A DNA stretch of 64,000 bases from an uncultured Candidatus Saccharibacteria bacterium (lineage in GTDB: Bacteria > Patescibacteriota > Doudnabacteria > UBA920 > O2-02-FULL-48-8), in assembly GCA_964605735.1 (NCBI GenBank), contig CAZSDS010000001.1, positions 70,771 through 134,770 of the forward strand, in the 5' to 3' direction. Below the pieces are notes generated by a model. It saw only the letters and a list, made by a program, of their open reading frames with translations, was not told where the DNA came from and did not search any database. This document shows, piece after piece, positions 7,725 through 15,744 of the stretch. The stretch's first letter is position 1; the number at the start of each line of letters is the position of its first letter. The position numbers and the translations under genes are program-made.

Positions 7725-8147
7725 ATGAAAAAAAGAAACAAAAATAAAAAATCAAAACCGGGCAACTATTCCGCCATCTATCTGGGAGTCATCCTGGCAT
7801 TTGTCCTTCTGTTGGAAGGATTCCTTATGGGCGTAGCTACGGCAGGAGACTGGCAAAGAGGTTTGGAGGTTTTAGATGTGTCTCACGAGGTCAAAGTAGT
7901 TGCTGCTGATGTCTTTGCCCTCGCAGAACCATTCTTCATGATTTACGATGACGTCAACTCGTTCTATCAGCTTGCCGCAACTGAAACCATGGCGCTGTTT
8001 GATGTAAGTGAGCAAGACCCATTTGCATTTTTCCGGGGAGTAAATAATTTCTATAAACTGGCCAGCGCGGAAATGGAACAGGTTTTGGATTTCTCAAACC
8101 AGTTCGGTTCGTTGGGTGAGGTTGCCGGTGCGTACATTTCCAGGTAG
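7725..8147 (+). CDS. hypothetical N-terminally anchored protein, paralog 2
   Basis: TM helix AIYLGVILAFVLLLEGFLMGV. Similar blocks (SHEVKVVAADV…FYQLAATE…FYKLASAE…GAYISR). 2-nt gap to the upstream gene. Confidence 0.5.
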   Translation: MKKRNKNKKSKPGNYSAIYLGVILAFVLLLEGFLMGVATAGDWQRGLEVLDVSHEVKVVAADVFALAEPFFMIYDDVNSFYQLAATETMALFDVSEQDPFAFFRGVNNFYKLASAEMEQVLDFSNQFGSLGEVAGAYISR

Positions 8148-8149
8148 AT

Positions 8150-8839
8150 TTGTCCATAAAATTGTGGACTGATCTTTTTGAAACAAAAAAACAAATGAAT
8201 AAATTCATCTACCAATCAATGTTTGTATTCTTGAGCACGCTTTTGTTGGCGGTGCTTTTTGTCCTTCAACCTACGGACAATTCGGAGATGAATATTTTCA
8301 AGGCAGAAATAAAACAGCAGTTTGCTGTTGCGGCTTCAGAGTTGATGGGGGGAGAAAGCGTTGCTGAACCATTCGCAGTGGTCTGGTCTTCTGTCGCCGC
8401 ATTTTATGACGAGTCAACAACTCAGGCAATTGCGTTATTAGACAACGAAACATTCGTGCAGATGGCGCTGGCATTAATGCCATCATACAAGGAAGACTTG
8501 AGGATTGCCTCCACGCCAGTGGTTGCCAGGGCAATTCTGCCAACCGAGGACGCGTTGCTCAACATTATCCCTTATAGTGAAAATGAAATTTTCCTGGACC
8601 CGTATTTCAGCGAAGATTTGGCATACATGCCTGAGGGTGGTAGAATTTTAGGAGAATCAATTCGCGTAGATGCTGAAACAAAACTTGAGCCAACAAGAGC
8701 CGTGCCTGTGGTCTGGACAAATCTGAACGATTCTATCACAGGTGAGGCATACTGTGTGGCAATCTTTAACGGCACTGTGAATTCTTACCCTGGAATGTGC
8801 GCCCGGGACGAAGCTTCCGCTCCTGTTTATGAAAACTAA
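8150..8839 (+). CDS. hypothetical N-terminally anchored protein, paralog 3 (longer)
   Basis: TM helix MFVFLSTLLLAVLFVL. Blocks AAFYDESTTQAI and ETFVQMALA resemble paralogs 1 and 2. A plausible start is the Met at 8198. Confidence 0.45.
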   Translation: MSIKLWTDLFETKKQMNKFIYQSMFVFLSTLLLAVLFVLQPTDNSEMNIFKAEIKQQFAVAASELMGGESVAEPFAVVWSSVAAFYDESTTQAIALLDNETFVQMALALMPSYKEDLRIASTPVVARAILPTEDALLNIIPYSENEIFLDPYFSEDLAYMPEGGRILGESIRVDAETKLEPTRAVPVVWTNLNDSITGEAYCVAIFNGTVNSYPGMCARDEASAPVYEN

Positions 8840-10475
8840 TACAAACATAATTTTATATATCAAAAAAGTCACAGTGCTGGCTTTGTTTTTATTTTTGCTC
8901 CTGCCAGGGGCTGTTTTTGGCCAGACCGGGTCAACGCCGCCTGTTTGTGACCCGCTTCCGACAGATATCACTGAACTGGAAGCTTGCATAGAATATTGGG
9001 CATACACCCCAAGCATTTACAGCGACATAACAAGTGTCCCTGGAGTCAGCAAGGGTGTCCACGGTATGTCTGCCGCATATGACCCGATCAACGACCAGAT
9101 GCTCTTTGCCTCAACTGATGGCCTTCACGTTTATGCCCAGCTTTATAATGCTAACGGCGGCCAGAACCCGACTCAGGTTGGGCCAATCTTCCGGGTTGAC
9201 CAGGGGAACCTCTATGGAGGTGCTCCGTGGGTAATGTTCAACGCTGGGACACAGCACTATTTTGCCGTTTGGGCGGATGCAAGGCCGGGCAGGTCAGCCA
9301 ATGGCGACGGCAGTGTATACGGCAGGTTTATTGATGCAAACGGAAATTTTGTCGGCAATGACTTCCCAATACACAATACTTCCAACATGGCTTTGTCAGA
9401 CTTCGCTTTTGATAGCTTTAACCAGCGTTATCTCGTCATGGTGGAAGGCGGCGAAAATTCTTACTTGAAGACCATCATGCTCGATGGCACTGTGAGCGCA
9501 TTGATCCCAATCGCCGTCACTTCAGTGTATGAGGGACAATCCAGCGTTATCTACAACCCGGACAGGAATGAATATTGGTTTACCTATTTGCGTTGTACCT
9601 TGAATGACACTGCCCAGGAGGACTGCAGGGTAATGTTTGTCAGAATGGATGCAGCTTCCATGCAGATGGTTGGAGAAGTGGTTCAGGTCAGCCAGCTGAA
9701 TCTTGGACATAACCGAGTGGGTGGGCCACAGATTGAATACAGCACAACAGATCACGCGGCTGTTATCGTCTGGAACGAGGGAATGAAAAATCCAGGAATG
9801 ATCACGGAAATTTATGGCAGAACCGTATACAATGATTTGGCCTTAAGCTCTGAGTATCCGGTTTTGGCAGCACAAACCGCTCAAACATCCAACTTTTACG
9901 GAGGCGGAAAAAGTTTGGTTTGGAATCCATACACCAATACTTTCATGGTCGCTGGTGAGGACAATAACGGCGGAACAACAGGTGCTGAATTCCTTTCAGA
10001 TGGCACTGTTTTGGCAGTCAAGGAAATGATTCCACACACACCGGGATCAAACGGCAACTTCAATCCAAGCATCACAACCAGTCAATATGGCGCTTATGTG
10101 TATACAACTGTTAACTATGGGTCGCCGGTTATCGCGACATACAACAGCCCTTTTGTTTATACTCCTCCAGCTCCACAGACAATCAACCAAAGGCCTGTTG
10201 TTGACCTGGATACCACAAACGTGGCCAAGGCCATGACGCAGATTTATGTCTGGTCTTTAGGACTCGCTGGGTTGCTCGCCGTGGTAATGGTAATCGTTGG
10301 CGGCTATCTGGTAATGTCTGCCCGGGGCAATGGCCAGCAGGTTGCTACCGGAAAAGAGTACGTCATTGGCGCTCTGACCGGGCTGGTGTTACTGCTTGGA
10401 GCATATCTGATATTGAACACCATAAATCCAGACCTTGTAAACTTTGACTTATCAGGCCTGAACGTTTTCAAATAA
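8829..10475 (+). CDS. large secreted protein with a C-terminal double-TM (VirB2/TrbC-like pilin-type) anchor
   Basis: Signal peptide VTVLALFLFLLLPGAVFG. About 450 aa Asn/Gly/Tyr-rich, probably beta-rich. C-terminus VWSLGLAGLLAVVMVIVGGYLVM-(15 aa loop)-VIGALTGLVLLLGAYLILN. 11-nt overlap with the upstream gene. Confidence 0.55.
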   Translation: MKTNTNIILYIKKVTVLALFLFLLLPGAVFGQTGSTPPVCDPLPTDITELEACIEYWAYTPSIYSDITSVPGVSKGVHGMSAAYDPINDQMLFASTDGLHVYAQLYNANGGQNPTQVGPIFRVDQGNLYGGAPWVMFNAGTQHYFAVWADARPGRSANGDGSVYGRFIDANGNFVGNDFPIHNTSNMALSDFAFDSFNQRYLVMVEGGENSYLKTIMLDGTVSALIPIAVTSVYEGQSSVIYNPDRNEYWFTYLRCTLNDTAQEDCRVMFVRMDAASMQMVGEVVQVSQLNLGHNRVGGPQIEYSTTDHAAVIVWNEGMKNPGMITEIYGRTVYNDLALSSEYPVLAAQTAQTSNFYGGGKSLVWNPYTNTFMVAGEDNNGGTTGAEFLSDGTVLAVKEMIPHTPGSNGNFNPSITTSQYGAYVYTTVNYGSPVIATYNSPFVYTPPAPQTINQRPVVDLDTTNVAKAMTQIYVWSLGLAGLLAVVMVIVGGYLVMSARGNGQQVATGKEYVIGALTGLVLLLGAYLILNTINPDLVNFDLSGLNVFK

Positions 10476-10490
10476 GAAAATTGAGATTGC

Positions 10491-10518
10491 AAAAGCACTC
10501 CCTAGCAGTGCTTTTTTT
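10491..10518 (+). terminator. Rho-independent terminator
   Basis: GCACT/AGTGC stem, loop CCCTAGC and a TTTTTTT run. Confidence 0.6.
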
Positions 10519-10571
10519 GTTGGGCAATTAACGGTATTAAATATAGAATGATTTCAGTTTAAAGGAGTTAT

Positions 10572-10631
10572 ATGAATATAGTGCTGTCAACGAGAAATGT
10601 CAGTGGCAGAAGAAAATGCCATCTCCCATAG
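10572..10631 (+). CDS. 19-codon mini-ORF (MNIVLSTRNVSGRRKCHLP) with a strong RBS
   Basis: AAAGGAG 7 nt upstream of the ATG. The TAG stop sits in the loop of a 12-bp hairpin (10615-10643). Two more hairpins follow, the last with a T-run. Confidence 0.3.
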   Translation: MNIVLSTRNVSGRRKCHLP

Positions 10632-10673
10632 GGGAATGGCATTCAGGAAAGTCCGAGACTTTCTTGTGTCCAT

Positions 10674-10701
10674 GCGCCGTCACACTAAGCGGCGTTTTTT
10701 A
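10674..10701 (+). terminator. Rho-independent terminator
   Basis: CGCCG/CGGCG stem and a TTTTTT run. Confidence 0.6.
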
Positions 10702-10702
10702 T

Positions 10703-12724
10703 TTAGAAAGTGATTCGATAAATTTTATTGCCGTTGAGCAGATGCATCTCGCGGGCGGCTTCGTCAACATATAAGTCATTCAACTCAGTCAGTTCAGGGA
10801 ACTGGACTTGGTTAAGCAGTTCGCCCTGTCTGCTGTATATCAGCACGCGCTTGGTGATTGGTTCCAGTAAGTAGATCTGGTTACCGACCCTGATTCTGGT
10901 TAGATTGCTCAGCGGTTCGTATATTTCCGCCAGCTGGAAATTTACCTGGTTGCCGTTTGCGAATTTTGCCAGACGGTCAGGGAAGAGGATGTAAACGTCA
11001 TTGTCCACTGCAAAATCCCGGGCGTCCGCCAGGCTGACATCTTGTTTGAGGATATTGGTTGGTGCACTGACTTTGCCGTTGCTGGCAACGGTCAGGCGAA
11101 CAACCTGGTTGCTTGCTTTGTTCAAAGTGTAAATCCGGTTCGGGTCTGTGAATTTCAAGCCGTACAAATCGCCGTTGCTGACGTAGTGCATTTGTTCGAA
11201 TTCTTTGGACTGTTGGTTGGCCTGGTAGATCTTGTCTCTGGACACCACGTAATTACCCTCGCCGGAAACGTGGCTGATGCCCCTGATCACGCCGTCCGTG
11301 GTGTTGAGCATGAAAAGGTTGGTCAAAGTGTTTTCATTGTACAAGCCAAGAGAATTTGGGTTTTCGTTGGAAACAAGGTAGCCGCTTCCCGCGCGTGCCA
11401 TCACCGTAACAGGGTAGGAGAGTTCAATGATGGGTGTCAGGTTTCGCAGTACAGTCACGCGATTGACCTTGTTGTTCATTTCTTCAAACTTGGCGCGGAA
11501 TGGTTCAGCTTTAGCCGCATTCAATTGGGCCAGTTTAACCAATTCAGTCTCAGCGGAGGACATGAACTGCATAGCTTGGTTCTGGTTTTTGTATAACAGA
11601 GAAGATTCAGCCTCAGCAAGGTAGTCCACAAAAACCTGGGCGGAGGCATTAAATGTTTCCTGGGCTTTTATTTGTGCCTTTCGCACGCCGAACGCAGCAA
11701 TGTTCATGGCGAACAGGACGGCGAAAACAATGAAGCTGATGAGGAAAAATTTGGCTGGACCTGAGATGTTCGGCAAAAATCCGAATGTTGGAAAGTTGAA
11801 ATTGAATTTTAAACTAGGTTTTGGGAGTTTCCAGCTTATCTTTGGCAAGGCAGGCAGCTTGGTTTTCTCTGCCACGCTTGCGGAAATCTCTTCCTGGTAC
11901 AAATCCTCCGGCATTGGGGCATAAATTGGAGAGACTGGTTCTATCCCAGGAACCTGTGGCGCTGGTTTGGTTTTCCCTTTCTTTGATTTGGCCGGAGCCG
12001 GTGGCGCGCCTGATGGGAGAATGGTTTCTTTTTCCTCTGCAACAGGAGTAAGCGCAGGCGCTGCCTGTTTGGTCAATTCAAGCATGAAAACAGCAAAACC
12101 TTCGTCAGATCTTGCTGAACTCTTCAGAATTTCAGAAATTTTGGCACAAGAATCCTGCAGGTTATAACTGTTTAGTGTTCGGCTGAACAGTTCGACTGAA
12201 ATATAGTTGAACAGGGAGGTGGTGGTCAGTACCAGGTAGTCGTTCTCAGCCAGCCTTCCTGAACTGAAGTTAAGGAAGGTTTTCAGCGGATGGGTTTCTG
12301 CTTTATCGGGGCTGAGTATTTCATTAAGGTTATTTTTCCTTTTCAGCCATGCAGAAGTGTGTCCAGTGTTGGCCAGGTAAATGTCTTTGTCGTTGCGCAG
12401 AGCTATCAAAGCGGAAAATTTGCCGAGCCATGATTTTCTTCCCTTGTGCGCAAACTCACCCAGCTTGTGGTTTATTTCCGCCAGGGTGTTTTCAAACATA
12501 GCCTCACCCGCGGTTTTTTTGTTGCCCCGGAAACTGTCAATGATGAGTTCTGAGATTTTACTCAAGTCATTCAGCTCGGTTTTTTTCTGGATATCTTTAA
12601 GTTCAGCAATAAAATAAAGGTGTTGGCTTGCGCTTAGTTTTTCCTCAAATAGGATAAATGAAACGCGGCGGGACTCGGTGGGGTTTATGAATATTTGGTT
12701 GATTTGTGTTTCGAGTTTGGCCAT
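10703..12724 (-). CDS. bitopic membrane protein: cytoplasmic degenerate PP2C-like domain, Pro-rich linker, TM helix, large extracytoplasmic repeat domain
   Basis: 673 aa. The PP2C-like block FSALIALRNDKDIYLANTGHTSAWL matches the GTTxxxxLIxxxxLxxANxGDSRA motif. Pro-rich PPAPAKSKKGKTKPAPQVPG. TM helix FFLISFIVFAVLFAMNIAAFGV. The C-terminal ~330 aa is N/Y/V-rich repeats. Confidence 0.6.
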   Translation of the reverse strand: MAKLETQINQIFINPTESRRVSFILFEEKLSASQHLYFIAELKDIQKKTELNDLSKISELIIDSFRGNKKTAGEAMFENTLAEINHKLGEFAHKGRKSWLGKFSALIALRNDKDIYLANTGHTSAWLKRKNNLNEILSPDKAETHPLKTFLNFSSGRLAENDYLVLTTTSLFNYISVELFSRTLNSYNLQDSCAKISEILKSSARSDEGFAVFMLELTKQAAPALTPVAEEKETILPSGAPPAPAKSKKGKTKPAPQVPGIEPVSPIYAPMPEDLYQEEISASVAEKTKLPALPKISWKLPKPSLKFNFNFPTFGFLPNISGPAKFFLISFIVFAVLFAMNIAAFGVRKAQIKAQETFNASAQVFVDYLAEAESSLLYKNQNQAMQFMSSAETELVKLAQLNAAKAEPFRAKFEEMNNKVNRVTVLRNLTPIIELSYPVTVMARAGSGYLVSNENPNSLGLYNENTLTNLFMLNTTDGVIRGISHVSGEGNYVVSRDKIYQANQQSKEFEQMHYVSNGDLYGLKFTDPNRIYTLNKASNQVVRLTVASNGKVSAPTNILKQDVSLADARDFAVDNDVYILFPDRLAKFANGNQVNFQLAEIYEPLSNLTRIRVGNQIYLLEPITKRVLIYSRQGELLNQVQFPELTELNDLYVDEAAREMHLLNGNKIYRITF

Positions 12725-12827
12725 AAATATCTCATATTATACCACTGAATACAGCCAAATCCCAAATTTTCTGGTTCGCGGGATCTGGGAGTTGTGGATG
12801 GCTTGAGTTGTGCTATAATTTTCCTGT

Positions 12828-13418
12828 ATGTTAAACATCTTACTCTCCTCCAAACACAAGAGTTCCGTTGTAAATCTGTTTTTGGCGCACCCTGGCAGAA
12901 GCTTTACCTTTACTGAAATCAAAACCACAACCGGCTGTCCGCCAAAGCTGATGATTCAGACTGTCAGAGAACTGGTTAAAATGGGTTTTTTGAACGTGCT
13001 CGAAAAAAGCAAAATCAGGTCATATCAGGTGGATCGCCATTTTGCCCTTTACCCGGAATTGGTTCAACTGTTGCGCAAAACCAAAAAGATTCCTCAGGAT
13101 TTGCTGGCAAAGGAGTTGTCCAAACTCAGCGAATGCAAGGTCATTATTCTTACCGGAATTTTCGCAGGCCGCCCAAGGATTGAGACGGATATCCTGCTTG
13201 TGGGCAAAGTCAGCGAGAAACGGCTGGCCAAATCTTTGAAACTGGCGGAGAAATTCGCAGAACAGGAAATCAACTACACTGTCATGCCGGTCTCTGAATT
13301 TGAGTACCGAAAAATCATGAGCGACCGCTTCATTAAGAATATCCTTGAAAACGGCCCTGTCATCGTTTCTGATAAAACCAAGAACAAGAGCATTATCAAG
13401 CTTGTCGAACGACTCTAA
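12828..13418 (+). CDS. hypothetical protein (possible winged-helix regulator)
   Basis: 196 aa, basic and soluble. No motif recognised with confidence. Confidence 0.4.
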   Translation: MLNILLSSKHKSSVVNLFLAHPGRSFTFTEIKTTTGCPPKLMIQTVRELVKMGFLNVLEKSKIRSYQVDRHFALYPELVQLLRKTKKIPQDLLAKELSKLSECKVIILTGIFAGRPRIETDILLVGKVSEKRLAKSLKLAEKFAEQEINYTVMPVSEFEYRKIMSDRFIKNILENGPVIVSDKTKNKSIIKLVERL

Positions 13419-13451
13419 ACGAAAACTAAACGACTAAATCAAACGATTATA

Positions 13452-13688
13452 ATGGAAGAGATCTACGCTATCTATAACCAGTTTTTGGGAATCTTTCCGG
13501 AAAATTTGCATTGGGCTGTGTCCGTGTTTCTGGCCGTCCTGCTTGTGCTGGCGGTTTACCAGATCCTGAAACGCAACTTCATTTTCATAATCCTGCTTAT
13601 AGTTTTGCTTCCAGCTTCAGTCCCAATTTTGCGCAATGTTTGGGATGGAGCTGTGGAGGTTGTTAAGTACCTGCTGACGAGACAATAA
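13452..13688 (+). CDS. small two-TM membrane protein
   Basis: 78 aa with two hydrophobic helices. Confidence 0.4.
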   Translation: MEEIYAIYNQFLGIFPENLHWAVSVFLAVLLVLAVYQILKRNFIFIILLIVLLPASVPILRNVWDGAVEVVKYLLTRQ

Positions 13689-13716
13689 TCCTCAAAAAAT
13701 TTAAGACAGGGGAGAT

Positions 13717-13749
13717 AAAAACCGCCAAATCCTTGAGGCGGTTTTTTTG
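13717..13749 (+). terminator. Rho-independent terminator
   Basis: ACCGCC/GGCGGT stem and a TTTTTTT run. Confidence 0.65.
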
Positions 13750-13864
13750 TTGATAAACAGGTTGGGGACAATTGTGGAACCAAGTGGAACCACTTCTCCC
13801 CACCAACTGTATTTAGGCCTGAAAATAGGCGTTTTACATGCAAAAACCGCTATATATACAGGCT

Positions 13865-13893
13865 TTGACGAGTGGTTTCACGTGGTCTATAAT
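13865..13893 (+). promoter_or_regulatory. sigma70-like promoter of the dcw (mraZ) cluster
   Basis: TTGACG(13865-70)-17 nt-TATAAT(13888-93). Confidence 0.55.
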
Positions 13894-13978
13894 GAGTTGT
13901 AAATGGAACGTTGTGGAAAAAAGTGGGGACAAGTGGGGAGTAATGTGGATAACTTAAGAATTAGGAATTGAGAGTTTA

Positions 13979-14410
13979 ATGTTTATTGGCGAATACAAGA
14001 TTAGCATGGATGTGAAAGGCCGTATCGCCGTTCCAGTTAAATTCCGCAATATGCTTGCGGCTGGAGCGGTTTTGACCCGCGGTCTTGATAATTCCCTCTT
14101 CTTGTATCCAAAGGCAGAATGGGAAGCAATAGCCGGCAAGCTTGCCGCGCTGCCTTTGGCCCAAGCCAATTCCCGCGCGTTTGCCAGACTTATGCTGGCA
14201 GGAGCCTGGGACGTTGAAATCGACAAACAGGGACGAATGATCGTTCCGGATTATTTGCGGCAATTCGCCAGGCTGACAAAAAAAGTTGTGGCAGCTGGAT
14301 TGTTTAACCGCATTGAAGTCTGGGACGAAAAGACCTGGGAAGATTACAAGGCCAATACGGAAAAAGAGAGCACTGCGATTGCAGAGGCCCTGGGTGATCT
14401 GGGAGTCTAA
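13979..14410 (+). CDS. mraZ: transcriptional regulator MraZ
   Basis: MFIGEYKISMDVKGRIAVPVKFR…, two MraZ repeats, 143 aa. Confidence 0.9.
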   Translation: MFIGEYKISMDVKGRIAVPVKFRNMLAAGAVLTRGLDNSLFLYPKAEWEAIAGKLAALPLAQANSRAFARLMLAGAWDVEIDKQGRMIVPDYLRQFARLTKKVVAAGLFNRIEVWDEKTWEDYKANTEKESTAIAEALGDLGV

Positions 14411-14413
14411 GCC

Positions 14414-15346
14414 ATGACTCACTACCCGGTACTGCTCAATGAAGTTCTGCAGTATGTCGGCGCCAAGACAGGTTCATTGTTTATCGATGCAACCATAGGC
14501 GCTGGCGGACATACAAAAGCTCTGTTGAAACAGAACAAGAAAGCAAGGGTTTTGGGTTTGGATCGCGACGCGGAAACCCTGGCGTTGCTGGAGAAAGATC
14601 TGAAAAAAGAAAAACTGCTCCCGCGCGTTAAGCTGGTGCATTCCAATTTTGCGAACTTGGGCGAGGTTGCCGCCAGAGAGAATTTTAGCGAAGTCTCTGG
14701 CATCATCCTTGACCTGGGTTTCTCCTCAATGCAGTTGGATGACGCACAGCGCGGTTTCTCTTTCCAAAGCAGCGGCCCCCTGGACATGCGGATGGACCGA
14801 CAACAGGCGCTGACTGCGGCAGATGTTTTGAATAAATATCAAGAAGAAAAATTAGCAGAAATTTTTAAAAAATATGGTGAAGAAAATTTCAGCAAACGTA
14901 TCGCGCGTGAAGTGGTGGTACGCAGGAAAAACTCTCCATTTTCTACTACTGACGAAGTTCTTAGTTTAGTAAAATCTGCTTTGCCTAAACCGGTAAAGCA
15001 CAAGGCTAGCGATTCAGCAAGAAGAATATTCCAGGCTATCCGGATAGAAGTAAATGCTGAATTAAAAAATTTGGAAAAAGCCTTGCCTGAAGCCTTTAAA
15101 CTTCTGGCGCCAGCAGGACGGTTAGTGGTCATATCGTTCCATTCACTGGAGGATAGGATCGTAAAAAATTTCTTTAACGAACTGGCAAAAGGCTGTATTT
15201 GCCCTCCGGAGTTTCCATACTGCGTGTGCGGAAAGGACCCGGCAGGCAAAATTCTCACCAGGAAACCAATCACTGCTACGGAGCAGGAGCTGGCTGAAAA
15301 TACCAGAAGCAAGCCGGCAAAACTCAGGGCAATCGAAAAAATCTGA
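14414..15346 (+). CDS. rsmH: 16S rRNA (cytosine1402-N4)-methyltransferase RsmH
   Basis: HYPVLLNEVL…DATIGAGGH…LDLGFSSMQLD. Confidence 0.9.
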   Translation: MTHYPVLLNEVLQYVGAKTGSLFIDATIGAGGHTKALLKQNKKARVLGLDRDAETLALLEKDLKKEKLLPRVKLVHSNFANLGEVAARENFSEVSGIILDLGFSSMQLDDAQRGFSFQSSGPLDMRMDRQQALTAADVLNKYQEEKLAEIFKKYGEENFSKRIAREVVVRRKNSPFSTTDEVLSLVKSALPKPVKHKASDSARRIFQAIRIEVNAELKNLEKALPEAFKLLAPAGRLVVISFHSLEDRIVKNFFNELAKGCICPPEFPYCVCGKDPAGKILTRKPITATEQELAENTRSKPAKLRAIEKI

Positions 15347-15389
15347 AAAATTAACTCTCTCCAAAAACAAAAAAAGGAATATAGGCGGC

Positions 15390-15728
15390 ATGCGTGATTT
15401 AAGTTTAGTGTTATCACAACCACTGTTCACGAAGAAAACCAAAAGTGCGGGACATTCGGCGCTGGGGATCAATTTGGCTTTGGTTGTGCTGATTGTGACA
15501 ATGGGATTTCTTTATCTTTTTCAAATTAATTCACTGGGTACCCGTGGTTATGAAATTCGACAAATGGAGCAGAAAATAAAAGTTCTTCAGGCGGATAACA
15601 AAGATCTGCAAATCCAAAGCTCCAGCTTGAGTTCCATCACCAAAATCCAGCGGGATGCGGAACGCATGAACATGGTTCCTGCCACAAACGTAACATATAT
15701 CAAAGGTTCTGACTTTGCTTTAAAATAG
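15390..15728 (+). CDS. ftsL: FtsL/DivIC-like septum formation protein
   Basis: 112 aa, single TM helix then a coiled-coil (QMEQKIKVLQADNKDLQIQ). Sits in the conserved position between rsmH and ftsI. Confidence 0.55.
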   Translation: MRDLSLVLSQPLFTKKTKSAGHSALGINLALVVLIVTMGFLYLFQINSLGTRGYEIRQMEQKIKVLQADNKDLQIQSSSLSSITKIQRDAERMNMVPATNVTYIKGSDFALK

Positions 15729-15744
15729 GGACTAAACTGTCGAG

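Noticed and set aside
7235-8839. Type IV pilin (class III signal peptide) identity for the three small N-terminally anchored paralogs.
   Set aside because: No G|F(T/S)LxE prepilin-peptidase motif precedes the hydrophobic helix in any of them. I found no pilD, pilB or pilC gene in the window.
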